Shown one piece after another: positions 19,257 through 29,526 of a stretch of 64,000 nucleotides of DNA. Both the position numbers and the translations under genes were made by a program. Location: positions 64,001-128,000 of the IMG/VR virus record IMGVR_UViG_3300015615_000629; one strand, written 5' to 3'. This stretch comes from a virus (lineage: Duplodnaviria; Heunggongvirae; Uroviricota; Caudoviricetes). The first letter of the stretch is position 1; each line of letters begins with the position of its first letter. The notes under the pieces were generated by a model, which saw nothing but the letters and a program-made list of their open reading frames with translations, did no database searches and had not been told where the DNA came from.

Positions 19257-22200
19257 AATTTTTCAACCTTCCTTTGTGTTGGAAACCAATCGGGTCTTAA
19301 TTCTCTTATTTCTTTGTCAAAAACCGCATCGTAACACCCTCGTCCTTTATCACTTGGAAAGATACTAGTGTAAGTATATAAGCAAGCCCTTAATTTAGCA
19401 TCTTTGGGTTTCGGATGTCCATTTTTAGCCATTTCTAATAATTGTTGTTTCTTTAAATCGGATGTGTTTGCAAACCAGTCTGGACGTAAATTGCGGATTT
19501 TGATTGCGAAAACAGGGTCGGTCTTAACAAATCGCTTCAGCCTTGCACCATCTTTTGTACCATATTTTGGCTTAGGCAAACCGTTCTTTGCGATTTCCAA
19601 TAATTTTTCTTTTGAGGCCAACACACATACAACATTCCTAGCTGGTAAGTTTTCAAACCAATCGGGTCTTAATGCTCTTATTTCTCTGTCGAAAACAGGA
19701 TCATAACAGCCTTGTCCTCGGTCGCTTGGAAAAATATTAGTATAAGAAGATAAACATCCGCCCAAATTCCCTCTAGGTCTGGGATGTCCGTTTTTAGCAA
19801 TTTCTAATAATTGTTGTTTACTTCCCGTATTGGGAATGACGCGATTGAACCAATCTGAACGCAGTGTTCTTATTGTAGCATCAAAAACCGAGTCGTAGGA
19901 AGAATGATTCTTGTCTGTGTATCTTTTCAAGCGGCCACCCAACGTCGTAGCGACTTTTGGCTTAGGATTTCCGCTTCTTGCGATTTTCAATAATTTTTCT
20001 TTTGAATCTAACACTCGCTTTTCGTCCCTAGCTGGTAAGTTTTCAAACCACTCTGGTCTTAGTTTCTTCATTTGCTCTGTGAAAACCGCATCGTATGTGC
20101 CTTCTTTGGGGTTGGAATAACGATACATTTTTCTCAAAAGAGAGCCGTCGGGTTTCTCTTTATTGTTTTTTGCCCATAACAATAACTCTTCTTTGCTTTC
20201 ACATGCCGAATCGACAAACCAATCCGGTCTCGCTAATTTTATCGTTTGATAAAAATCCAGATCGAAACAGTCGCTTGACTCCCTGATATACGAACACAAC
20301 CTTTCTCCAATTTTGGTTTTACTGACTGGTCGTGGTCGGCCAGTTTTTGCCATTTCTAATAATAATTTCTTATTTTCCTCCGATGAATTCATAAACCAAT
20401 CCGGTCTGATCTTTTTAAGTTCTAAATCCAACGCAGAATCTCTTCTGCGTAGATTCGACATAAAAGCACCAAGCGGACTCCGAAGAGGTGGCCTGTCGCC
20501 GCCGTTTTTTGCAATTTCAATAATCTGCTTCCTTTTTTCGTGCGAATCAACAAACCAATCTGGGCGAATTATTTTAACTGCTTCAAAAAACTTTTCATCG
20601 TAGGAACCATGATTTGGGCTTGTATAAGAATAAAAACGAATTGCTAAGGAACGGTCTTTGTTAAGATTCGGCTTATCGCCGCCTGAACGAGCAAGTGCAA
20701 GTATTTTCGATTTAGTTTTCTTAACATCTGAGCGCAGTATATCCCGTATAATCTCCCAATCATTGGAGTAAAAGTCTGAGCCGAACATTGATACATTGAT
20801 TTCTTCAAGTCTGTCAAAACCGGATTCACGAAGAAATGCAACGTCTATTCCAGGCATCTTAAGAGCATCTATTTCACGAAGAACTAGACATAAAAGCCCG
20901 TCCTGGACATCTTGCTTGTCCTCTTCAGAAATATCATAACTATCGCATATATCTTCAAACAATTCCTCAATATTTTTATCTTTTTCGTCTGCCAAGTCCT
21001 CAAAACCTTCTATTAAATCTCTACGTGCATTGTCGTATTGATCACCAAAATAATCCGCCAAAGTTAGATCGCCGCCACTGTTGGTTATTTTTCGCTTTTG
21101 CCGTTGAGAAGGCAACTTTGGGATCATTATAGGGTTGAACATTTCCTTAAGTTGCATACAAAACAGCAATGCATTTATGCGATCTGAAAGCAACTCTCTT
21201 TTAGTCATGCCCTTTTTAGGCATTGCGAATTTTTTTACGTAATGAAATACTTTTATTTCTTCTTTACCCTCGAACCTCCTAAATGGACGGCCAAGAGTCT
21301 GTATTGCGAGCGTGATAGAATTTTCGCAGGAAGCATTATGAAGCCTAGAACATGGACACCAATCCGTCCCTTCCCGTCCCAACATACAAACTATTACTAT
21401 ATCGAATTTTGACTTCGATTGTGCATTTTTTGGTTCAGCCAATAAAAGTTTCTTATTATCCTTTTGGGTTCCAGGCGTAACCATATCTAAAATTCTTTTA
21501 CGTGGAAATTCTTCTTTTAATCTCGATATCAACCTTAAATATTCGTTGCCATTAAGACGCCATTTTTGGCCGGTTGATGGGACAGTAATATAGTGCTTTT
21601 CGTTGGGTTCTTCTTTAATCCTAGCGATTATCCGCTCGACCGGATCATCTTCATATTCCTCGTATTGTAAATAAAAACTCTTAATGCCCAAAGAATTAAA
21701 ATGTTCAATCCAATCTAAATTGTATTGAGAAAACTTTGCAAGAACCATTGGCAGTAAGATAGACATACGGTCGCCACGATAAAACGTAGCAGTAACCAAA
21801 TGAAGTTTACATGACTGATCTTTGTTGTTTACAATAAACTTACATATCCGGCCAAGTTCAGTAGCCTCTTGTTCTAGTGCTAATCGGTGCTCATACGTTA
21901 ATTCTTCATCTTCCAAAAAGACATGCTTAATGTGATGTGCTTCATCAACTCTCAACGTTAGGTTCTTAATGGCTAATTGTCGCTCTTTATCACTCAATTT
22001 TTTCCAACATTCCACCAATGCGGAATAAGTACAGACCGCATTTATCCCTCCAATAACATTACCGGTAAAGCCCTTCACTAATTTGCTTGCTGGTATTAAT
22101 AGCCATTTCTTAAGACGCTCAACCCTGTCGGGTCCGTCACAACAATTATGCTCTGGCTGTACGTGCCATTCGTACTTCTCATTATCGGCATGAATTATAG

Positions 22201-22522
22201 ATAAATAAGAGATATCATCGCCGGATTCGGATTTATCGCCCACAAAGCCTTTATGAATATGCTCCTGCGGAACAATAATTAACTGTTTTTGTCTGCGTTT
22301 GCTTTTCAAAATATCATGGATGGCCAACTGAGTCATTAGCAACGACTTGCCACTACCACAAAATGCCTGAACAAGGAAAAAACGTTCGTCTTTTCCTTGT
22401 TCAAATGCATCATTTTGCCACCTAAACATCTTCTTAGAAGTAACATTAGTGGGATACAGATATTGAGGTTCATTGTAGCGGGGATTGTGATGTTCGACGC
22501 TAAAACGTTTTCTGTCGCTCAT
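19253..22522 (-). CDS. SF2 helicase-like protein with eight C-terminal RPDWF repeats
   Basis: WQ, FCGSGKS, VDEAHH, TAT, REGTD, QTLGR..R, followed by about 55-65 aa repeats. Confidence 0.8.
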   Translation of the reverse strand: MSDRKRFSVEHHNPRYNEPQYLYPTNVTSKKMFRWQNDAFEQGKDERFFLVQAFCGSGKSLLMTQLAIHDILKSKRRQKQLIIVPQEHIHKGFVGDKSESGDDISYLSIIHADNEKYEWHVQPEHNCCDGPDRVERLKKWLLIPASKLVKGFTGNVIGGINAVCTYSALVECWKKLSDKERQLAIKNLTLRVDEAHHIKHVFLEDEELTYEHRLALEQEATELGRICKFIVNNKDQSCKLHLVTATFYRGDRMSILLPMVLAKFSQYNLDWIEHFNSLGIKSFYLQYEEYEDDPVERIIARIKEEPNEKHYITVPSTGQKWRLNGNEYLRLISRLKEEFPRKRILDMVTPGTQKDNKKLLLAEPKNAQSKSKFDIVIVCMLGREGTDWCPCSRLHNASCENSITLAIQTLGRPFRRFEGKEEIKVFHYVKKFAMPKKGMTKRELLSDRINALLFCMQLKEMFNPIMIPKLPSQRQKRKITNSGGDLTLADYFGDQYDNARRDLIEGFEDLADEKDKNIEELFEDICDSYDISEEDKQDVQDGLLCLVLREIDALKMPGIDVAFLRESGFDRLEEINVSMFGSDFYSNDWEIIRDILRSDVKKTKSKILALARSGGDKPNLNKDRSLAIRFYSYTSPNHGSYDEKFFEAVKIIRPDWFVDSHEKRKQIIEIAKNGGDRPPLRSPLGAFMSNLRRRDSALDLELKKIRPDWFMNSSEENKKLLLEMAKTGRPRPVSKTKIGERLCSYIRESSDCFDLDFYQTIKLARPDWFVDSACESKEELLLWAKNNKEKPDGSLLRKMYRYSNPKEGTYDAVFTEQMKKLRPEWFENLPARDEKRVLDSKEKLLKIARSGNPKPKVATTLGGRLKRYTDKNHSSYDSVFDATIRTLRSDWFNRVIPNTGSKQQLLEIAKNGHPRPRGNLGGCLSSYTNIFPSDRGQGCYDPVFDREIRALRPDWFENLPARNVVCVLASKEKLLEIAKNGLPKPKYGTKDGARLKRFVKTDPVFAIKIRNLRPDWFANTSDLKKQQLLEMAKNGHPKPKDAKLRACLYTYTSIFPSDKGRGCYDAVFDKEIRELRPDWFPTQRKVEKL
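19280..20730 (-). repeat. Tandem protein repeats (8x, K..LLE.AK.G..P...YD..F...IR.LRPDWF)
   Basis: Eight RPDWF/RPEWF/RSDWF units. DNA identity includes CCTAGCTGGTAAGTTTTCAAACCA at about 19637 and 20027. Confidence 0.85.
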
Positions 22523-23127
22523 TAAACTTTAACCTTATGCATAGCCCAAGTAATCATATTTGTTTTTCCGCTGCAATTATAAGTGTAATTCGGAATCTTA
22601 CTTATCCATTTTTCTAATTCAATCGAACCAACATTGTTTGGTAATTTACGTGCAAATTGATAGGGGTCGAATTGAATGCTGCTCCGAGAATCGTTGAGCA
22701 TCGCGTTCACTAAAAGGACTGTATCTTTCTTGCAAAGATACATGGTAGAAGCGACCATTTTAACTATTTGATCGCGATCTGCGAATTTTGTAACGTCTAA
22801 ATAAACGAGTCCAGGGTCAAAATTATCTACTTCTCGGATTATGTCCAGCCACTCTCCGCAATACCAAAATGCCTCCGGATGCCATTTTGCATTTTTAAGT
22901 ATTATTTCTTCGGACCAATCAACTCCGAAAAACTGGTTTTTAGTTATCAAACCCAAATCCTCCAATTGGACTATCTCAGAACCTTTCTCGTTAGGTTGAA
23001 AATTACATAAAGTCCAATAACCTTTGCATACAGGCAATTTCTCGTTGCCCGTTAGTTCTCTATACAGACGAACATTTTCCTCGCGGGCTTTGATCTTGGC
23101 AGATAAGTTCCAGTATTCCGGTTGCAT
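22522..23127 (-). CDS. Hypothetical protein coupled to the helicase (possible methyltransferase-like fold)
   Basis: FFGVD, LVYLD. Stop/start overlap with the helicase. Confidence 0.5.
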   Translation of the reverse strand: MQPEYWNLSAKIKAREENVRLYRELTGNEKLPVCKGYWTLCNFQPNEKGSEIVQLEDLGLITKNQFFGVDWSEEIILKNAKWHPEAFWYCGEWLDIIREVDNFDPGLVYLDVTKFADRDQIVKMVASTMYLCKKDTVLLVNAMLNDSRSSIQFDPYQFARKLPNNVGSIELEKWISKIPNYTYNCSGKTNMITWAMHKVKV

Positions 23128-23238
23128 CTCCCTAGTATAGCAGAACTTGTGACAAACAGCAAGTGGATAAGTTCAACTCAGAAAGCAACTCAATTTAAAT
23201 TTAGAAAAAATATTCTCAGAACGCTATATAGGTTTATT

Positions 23239-24279
23239 ATGGCGTCTGACTCAAACACTAAATTAATTATTGTCGATCAAAAAGAAGTAGAGACAACATC
23301 AAAAACTTATTTGATACATGTACAATGTCCAACCTGCAAGAAGGTGTTCCGAAGAAAGAAAAATATGGTTTTTAGAAGCGGGGCAAGCTTTTGTTCAAGA
23401 GAATGTGCTTTTGCTTCACGTAGAACGCAAAAAGAAATTAATTGTAAAGGTTGCGGTAAAAGTTTCAAAGTTACACCATGCAGATTCAAAAGAGGAGGAA
23501 ACGTCTCCTGTTCCAAAGAATGTGCCGCAAAACTACCAAAAGAATCTACTCAACAGACGGTCCCGATGGATCGTGCAAGGTTTGAAAATACTAAAATATT
23601 GATTTCAAATGATGATTTTAACAGATTAAGAGGACATAATCTCGTACCGCTTAAGTGCGAGCATTGCGACAAAGAATTCTTTAAAACAAAGACTTCCCTA
23701 ATACGTTCCGTCAAAAAAATAGGAAATAGTGGCTATTGCTCGAACTATTGCATAAACAAAGCCAAAATTAGTCAAATAAAGGTGTCATGTTTAACATGTG
23801 GAAAAGAATTGCTTAGGTCTCCTAGTAGGCTCAAAGCATGTGTAAATTCCTTCTGTTCGCATCGATGCTCAATAATTTACCGAAACAAAAACAAAACATC
23901 GGGAACAATAAGATCGCGCATGGAAGCGTTTATCGAAAATAAAATAATCGAAACCTATCCAAATCTAGGTTTATTATGTAACGACCGCGAGTTGCTACAT
24001 GGACTCGAATTAGATTACTTTTTTCCGTCTCTAAAATTAGCAATAGAATTAAACGGCATAACACATTATGAGCCAATTTATGGAATAGACCGGCTCACAA
24101 GGTCGCAAGACAGCGACAAAAGGAAAATGTTGCTCTGTTATGATAAAGGAATAGAATTAGCCGTAATTGATATATCTTTTATCAAAGATTTCAGTAAAAA
24201 GCGTGGTTTAATGGTTTTTGAAGAAATTAAGAAGATAATTGATCCACTTATACCAACAAATCAAACTCTCCCTTCATAA
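23239..24279 (+). CDS. Zn-finger repeat protein with C-terminal PD-(D/E)XK/Vsr-like endonuclease (putative homing endonuclease)
   Basis: Multiple CxxC...FCS..C repeats; ELDYFFP..KLAIELNGITHY. Start set at ATG 23239. Confidence 0.8.
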   Translation: MASDSNTKLIIVDQKEVETTSKTYLIHVQCPTCKKVFRRKKNMVFRSGASFCSRECAFASRRTQKEINCKGCGKSFKVTPCRFKRGGNVSCSKECAAKLPKESTQQTVPMDRARFENTKILISNDDFNRLRGHNLVPLKCEHCDKEFFKTKTSLIRSVKKIGNSGYCSNYCINKAKISQIKVSCLTCGKELLRSPSRLKACVNSFCSHRCSIIYRNKNKTSGTIRSRMEAFIENKIIETYPNLGLLCNDRELLHGLELDYFFPSLKLAIELNGITHYEPIYGIDRLTRSQDSDKRKMLLCYDKGIELAVIDISFIKDFSKKRGLMVFEEIKKIIDPLIPTNQTLPS

Positions 24280-24970
24280 TTGCTTTAATGTTGCTTGTTT
24301 TCTTTCCTGTAAGGTGGTCGGTAACACGAGATTCTATGAAGTTATAGGTTCGTCGCTTGTTTCCACCTCTGCCACGGTCGCCTAACGATTCTTTCTTAAG
24401 GTTGTTGTAAGAATTAGCCTCTTTTTCTTTCTCTGCTTCGTGAACACGAGCCGTAAGAATTTCGATGGCTTTTTTCTTATTTTGAGCCTGATCACGGCCG
24501 TTTATGAATACAGAAATACCAGTTGGCAGGTAAACCGCTCGACAAGCTGTAGCCGTTTTATTTACATTTTGTCCACCGGCCTTCTGCCTCCCCGTTTGCG
24601 TAGTTATCTTTAAATCCTTTTCAGGTAAAGGTTTATATTCCTTTTCCTTTTTAAGGGGCAAAGCGGCCACACTTATAAAGCTTGTTTGGCGTCTACCTTT
24701 GTTTTCGGTGGGCGGCACACGTTGGACGATATGTTTTCCGGTTTCATTACCGAAATATTTCCACACATCTTTACCGGAAATTTGAAGAACCACATGCCCT
24801 TCTTCAGTCAAAAGAATCTCGGATTTGAAACCGAGAGACTGGGCGTATCGAATGTACGCAGATTCGAGATCATGGACGAACAGCTTGCTGTCGGTCCCTC
24901 CTTCACCGAATTTGATTTCCAGAATCAAATCGGTCAGTCAACTATTAGTAACCTCCTTAACGTTTTGCAC
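24248..24970 (-). CDS. Class I peptide chain release factor, RF1-like, lacking domain 1; start uncertain (in-frame TGA at 24938-24940)
   Basis: LEIKFGEGG, QRVPPTE (PxT motif), GRRQTS, AGGQNVNK, RTYNF..RVTDH. Confidence 0.8.
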
Positions 24971-25001
24971 TTTTTTCTCCTTTTTTAGGGTGTTATCTTC
25001 C

Positions 25002-25029
25002 ATCTTAGCACGCAAATTATGAATGTCAA
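25002..25029 (-). promoter_or_regulatory. sigma70-type promoter for the release factor
   Basis: TTGACA-N16-TAAGAT with GTGC before the -10. Confidence 0.7.
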
Positions 25030-25258
25030 GTGCTTTGAGAATCTTGCTTCGGATTCTCTGGTTTATCCTTTTCATATGCGGCCTCTTCGACATCCGAAAA
25101 CATACCGTAAAGTTCTGCTAGGTCGTCTTGAATTGACTCTACTTTTTTACGGACATCTTCGGGACAATTTTCAATTTCGCTATGGTCGGAAACGTATTGA
25201 AACATTTCACAAACCAAAAAGGTTCTATCCATTAACTCGTGAGCCGATATTTTGTCCA

Positions 25259-25762
25259 TTAAAACCTCACGTTTCCCGTCGCAACCATTAAGATACACAA
25301 CGATTGGGCCAGCGTGTTTCCGCCGCTTCTAATTAATACTTCGGAATTAGCAGGATCGCCTTTATACAAAGCACAAGACCAACTGCCACTGACTTGAGTT
25401 ATTTGAAGTGTATAGTTCTCCTTATTCGGGAGATTGTCATAAATTGATTGCCAAGCCTTTAAAGCTTCGTTGACATCTGTGCTATACCTCGGTACTACTT
25501 CAAAATTAAGGATGCATTCTTTATATTTTTCATAAAATGCTTTGGAGATAGGGTCATCTCCATCGTCCTCTTCATCGTATTCAAAATGATCATATGCTTT
25601 ATAGAAAGGAGAAACTTCGGCTTGAATTGCCCATCCGTCGGCGTCAGTGCCAATCATAATTGACCAAGCACCATCGTAAAGTGTGCAGGTTTCCCAACCA
25701 ACAACTTTATTGCCGAGAACATTAGAAACTTCCGCATCTAGACTTCTCAACAAATCAGTCAT
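25259..25762 (-). CDS. Phage ABA-sandwich-like domain protein
   Basis: LDAEV...PRYSTDVNEA...SLCIL pattern. Confidence 0.5.
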   Translation of the reverse strand: MTDLLRSLDAEVSNVLGNKVVGWETCTLYDGAWSIMIGTDADGWAIQAEVSPFYKAYDHFEYDEEDDGDDPISKAFYEKYKECILNFEVVPRYSTDVNEALKAWQSIYDNLPNKENYTLQITQVSGSWSCALYKGDPANSEVLIRSGGNTLAQSLCILMVATGNVRF

Positions 25763-26450
25763 GTTTTACCCAATCTTTGCGATCTAGCCAATAATCGTGG
25801 TTTACATCCCAATTATCAGGCATAAATTGCGGTTTCATTGTTTCAAGAAAATGCTTTCTGAATTGTTTGATAATACCACAATTGCCATAGAACCTAACTA
25901 ATTCTTTGCCGTAATCAATGGTTGGCCTGTAATAAGGGACTTCCGATAATTCGACTAAATCTTCTTTTGTTGGAACTTTCCCTAAATGTTGTTGAATACG
26001 TCCGATCAAATATTGTTTCTTGTGCTCAGGAATAACATCCCCGTATCGGAGTAGAGTGGACGCCACACGAGGATAATACCCTTGATATACCATGAGAACA
26101 TCATGAGGAATAAGATAACCATTAGAGATAGCCCTACGGCAGTATTTGGGAACAATATGGTGCCTCGAAAGGTCTTTCTCACTTCCACAAACAACACATT
26201 TGTTTTTTCTATTTTGAAAATAAAAATCTTGACAACGGGTAAAGCCCAAGCCGTTTGGTTTAAAGTTGAGTTTGATACATTTTGGTTCGTCCATTGGTTG
26301 GGCGAGATTCTTGCTCAGATACCATTGGGCTTTTTCAGCAGAAAGCCGACACATTTCAATGCCATCTGGTGAAAACATTCGATAATTAGAATAGAACCGA
26401 GTAACAATATGCCTAGTTTTTTCCGTCTTGTGGCGGTTGCGTCTTCCCAT
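25755..26450 (-). CDS. HNH-like protein resembling the C-terminal domain of eukaryotic EXD2
   Basis: YSNY..SPDG..C...KAQWYL.K.LA...LNFKP.G...NKCVVCG...HHIVP...HDVL. Confidence 0.6.
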   Translation of the reverse strand: MGRRNRHKTEKTRHIVTRFYSNYRMFSPDGIEMCRLSAEKAQWYLSKNLAQPMDEPKCIKLNFKPNGLGFTRCQDFYFQNRKNKCVVCGSEKDLSRHHIVPKYCRRAISNGYLIPHDVLMVYQGYYPRVASTLLRYGDVIPEHKKQYLIGRIQQHLGKVPTKEDLVELSEVPYYRPTIDYGKELVRFYGNCGIIKQFRKHFLETMKPQFMPDNWDVNHDYWLDRKDWVKHD

Positions 26451-26663
26451 TAATTGGATTCCGTACTGGAGGCAAATATTTTAATCTCACTCGCATTTTT
26501 GTCAACAAGGAAAATTAGCTGCGAAACTAATCCGATATCCTTGTTTTTCAGCAGAACATCGAATTCTTCTTTATCGTATTTTAGGCGTTCCCAGCATTTG
26601 ATTGATAGTTCCGAAAGGAGCCGATGTGGAATTATGATAGGAACAGATTTGTCGATAACAATA

Positions 26664-26888
26664 TCAAGGTTTTTCCCATCTTCGCTTGGCTTGGGGATGG
26701 TCCCAGTATTTGCAACACATCCGTTCAGTAACCAGTTGATGAACTTCTTTATGCCTGCAAAATTTAGTTTTTTTGTTAAAATATTCACAATTTCCACAAT
26801 TAGTTCCCTCGATAGAGGACGGCAAGGTGATTAAATCAGCGTGTTTGGCTGCTTTTAACTCCTTGTCCCAATCTTTGAATTCGTCCAT
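26664..26888 (-). CDS. HiPIP-like small Cys protein
   Basis: NCGNCEYF...C....V....CCKYW. Confidence 0.55.
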   Translation of the reverse strand: MDEFKDWDKELKAAKHADLITLPSSIEGTNCGNCEYFNKKTKFCRHKEVHQLVTERMCCKYWDHPQAKRRWEKP

Positions 26889-26891
26889 ACG

Positions 26892-27818
26892 CTATTTAAC
26901 ATAGAACGTTTTCAAATTTTCATGACATTCTCGACATTCTATTGTCAAAGTGCCATCTTTCTTATTATAGCATATTTCTGTTCCGGCATCCGGATGGCAT
27001 TCGGGAATATATTCTTTTTCTTCGTGATTACCAAAAACCTCAATAATACCAAGAGGTTGAAAACAAACCGAACAAGCAATGGCTACGGTTCCGGTGTCCG
27101 GATAGGTTCTAGCAAGGGGCGGATCGACAGAATGACAATTTGAATGCAGATACATTGGGCCGTGATCTTCGGTACAGCCCGGCGTAGCACATTGCATAGA
27201 ATCTAGTCTGTCTCGCTTTAATCCCTGCATAATTTCTTTGGCTGCCCTGCAAAACGCATTATAAGCGTCTGTAACCTGTTTTGCTATTGTTCCATCATCG
27301 TCAAGAGCAAAGGCTGATCCAACAGATTTAATATGAACTTTGCCGCCCAAAGGCCCAGAAACAACCTTATCGGCACTTTTGCCATCCAATACATCTTTGA
27401 GTGGTTCCATAATCTTTTTACCTACCTCCATAGCATGCCTAACAGACTCCGTATCTTTGTTGTTTTTTAAATCCTCCATCAACTGGAGATAACGAGTCAT
27501 TGGAGGCGTGGTATCTGTAAGATCCGCAAATTCTTTTGCCTTATCTTTCAATTCTGGCGGAACCTTAAAGATATAGTATTGGAATGTATGATCGCTGCCT
27601 GCTTGTTCTTTCTTAACAAAGCAAGGGTGTTTGGATACCATCTCGTCAATATCGTCATACTCTGACTCGTAGTTTCGAGTCATTACGTATATTAAATCAA
27701 TATTTTCGTCGATACAAACGTCACGATACCTGCCAAGCTGGTTGGCTTTAAGGTTTAGCAAGCCAAGAATTTGGTCGCTGAGTGGGTTTTTGCCCATGAG
27801 CATTTCGTACAATGACAT
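26892..27818 (-). CDS. Hypothetical protein with duplicated C-terminal Zn-binding module
   Basis: CH...CxxC occurs twice. Confidence 0.55.
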   Translation of the reverse strand: MSLYEMLMGKNPLSDQILGLLNLKANQLGRYRDVCIDENIDLIYVMTRNYESEYDDIDEMVSKHPCFVKKEQAGSDHTFQYYIFKVPPELKDKAKEFADLTDTTPPMTRYLQLMEDLKNNKDTESVRHAMEVGKKIMEPLKDVLDGKSADKVVSGPLGGKVHIKSVGSAFALDDDGTIAKQVTDAYNAFCRAAKEIMQGLKRDRLDSMQCATPGCTEDHGPMYLHSNCHSVDPPLARTYPDTGTVAIACSVCFQPLGIIEVFGNHEEKEYIPECHPDAGTEICYNKKDGTLTIECRECHENLKTFYVK

Positions 27819-27819
27819 T

Positions 27820-28080
27820 TTATTCCCTACTTTTCTTGAGTAGAATCGCGGCGTCAGTTAGATACATGTCGTATTCTAACTTAATTCCAAGCAATTCATT
27901 GGCTTTGTTTAATTCTTCATCATTCTCATCGAACATGAAGTGACCGATTCTGGTGCCATCGGTTACAAAAGCGTTCTTAATGCCTGGATTATCCACCGCT
28001 TCGGCGATGGCTGCTAAAACTTCTGCCACCAAATCCGGAAGGTAGTTAACTTCTTCTTGGCTGCCGTAAACGATTTTCAT
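27820..28080 (-). CDS. Hypothetical protein
   Basis: 86 aa coupled ORF. Confidence 0.5.
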   Translation of the reverse strand: MKIVYGSQEEVNYLPDLVAEVLAAIAEAVDNPGIKNAFVTDGTRIGHFMFDENDEELNKANELLGIKLEYDMYLTDAAILLKKSRE

Positions 28081-28703
28081 TGGGTTTGTTTTTGGTGTGG
28101 TAGAGGGGAAGAAAGTTTGTCTAGCGACTGAATGATTGGTTCTAAACTCTCAAGATCGAGTGGTTCAAAAGGTTGAATTTCCTCGACTACAGGAGGTGGA
28201 TTTTCTGGCAAGATTGGCTTGGCTATGTTTGGGTCTAATATTTCGTTATTTTTCCACTTGTGGATAAGACTTGAAAGTTTGTTGAGCCAATTTTTGTTAG
28301 AAAGATCGATTTGTATATAATAGTCCATTTTCGAGATGCTGCGTTCTACACAGAAAAGCTCAGCAGCCGTGAAATATAAACTGTTTACATAAACACCTGA
28401 TCTGGCTCGAATAATATAGCAAGCCCTGTCATTGTGGGTTATTCTAATTGAGGTTATGGTTTTGCCGGTATAATTAACGAATGGCCGTTCCTCCTCATAA
28501 TACGTGGCAGCCTTCCTATATTGAAATTCTAAATCTCTACAAAAAGCGTAGTTATTCCATAACAACAAGGAAATAGGATCGGTTGGTTTCTTCGGAACTT
28601 TAGGTGCTTTTTTAACGAATCGTCGGGACAGGCCGAAACGGTAGCTCAAATAGGCAACAAATGGAAACAAAGCCAACAACACAAAACTCATTGAAACTTC
28701 CAA
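28077..28703 (-). CDS. Hypothetical membrane-anchored protein
   Basis: N-terminal hydrophobic helix. Confidence 0.5.
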   Translation of the reverse strand: MEVSMSFVLLALFPFVAYLSYRFGLSRRFVKKAPKVPKKPTDPISLLLWNNYAFCRDLEFQYRKAATYYEEERPFVNYTGKTITSIRITHNDRACYIIRARSGVYVNSLYFTAAELFCVERSISKMDYYIQIDLSNKNWLNKLSSLIHKWKNNEILDPNIAKPILPENPPPVVEEIQPFEPLDLESLEPIIQSLDKLSSPLPHQKQTQ

Positions 28704-28972
28704 TCAGGGTATTCCAAAGTCACCAATCGCTTCAATTCGGCTAATGCCGAAGCATCATCTTTGTAAATGCGTTTATCCCAATCGCGACCGTTAATTCCAT
28801 TTATTGCGAGCATAACCTCCTGTGGACTCATTCCCCCACGGCTATTCAGTTTTTCGATATCTTGATCGCAATGATTTTTCTTTGCTTGTTCCTCGAATTT
28901 AAGCATGAACTCGAATGGAACATAAGAAGGTTTTTCGGGATAAGATGCCATTATTCGGAAGTGTTTTACCAT
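28688..28972 (-). CDS. Hypothetical phage protein
   Basis: EQAKKNH.Q...LNSRGG motif. Confidence 0.5.
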   Translation of the reverse strand: MVKHFRIMASYPEKPSYVPFEFMLKFEEQAKKNHCDQDIEKLNSRGGMSPQEVMLAINGINGRDWDKRIYKDDASALAELKRLVTLEYPDWKFQ

Positions 28973-29526
28973 TTGTCGAAAGGCTCATCTGGGAAACAGG
29001 GCCAAATTCTGTTGGATTTAACCAATGTATATCCAGGGACTTTTACGATACCGTTGCCCATAAACAGTTGTTTTGGCTTCTTTTTCTTGAACTTGTTTCT
29101 AAACTTTTTAAACTTTTTCTGTTGAAAAAAGAATCTTGTTTGTCTGAGCCTCTTAAAAGTAAGTTTATAAAGGCAATTACTGTAGATGGTTTTGCGTTCT
29201 TGTTTGGTGAGTTTCCTAAAGGATTTCCAACCACCGAGAGCCTTGATTAACAATCTAACGTATTGAAGGTTGTTAAGTTCTGTTACTCGATATTCAGTAA
29301 TTACTTCTCCGTTTGGCAACCTTATTTCACAACCTTTTGTTGTGTTACATGGTTGACACATTATTTGAATATTGTGTTGTTCATAAGTGCCACCAAAAGC
29401 CCCTGGCACTATTCTATCGACCGTAGCTGTATCTGCATTTAATTCGACGCCACAATCGGGACAGGTAATTTTTCCTTTTGAAAGTAATTTTCGAATTAAT
29501 TTTCTTTTGCTGGACGATTGACTCAT
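28966..29526 (-). CDS. HNH endonuclease-like protein
   Basis: CPDC..ATVDRIVP..GG....N...CQPCN.TKG. Confidence 0.75.
   Translation of the reverse strand: MSQSSSKRKLIRKLLSKGKITCPDCGVELNADTATVDRIVPGAFGGTYEQHNIQIMCQPCNTTKGCEIRLPNGEVITEYRVTELNNLQYVRLLIKALGGWKSFRKLTKQERKTIYSNCLYKLTFKRLRQTRFFFQQKKFKKFRNKFKKKKPKQLFMGNGIVKVPGYTLVKSNRIWPCFPDEPFDKW

Noticed and set aside
24938-24940. Selenocysteine at the release factor TGA
   Set aside because: It is not a catalytic position, no clear SECIS hairpin follows, and there is no tRNA-Sec in the window.
26450-26797. 115-aa ORF as annotated
   Set aside because: Its 5' part overlaps the HiPIP-like gene in another frame, and the true start cannot be determined.
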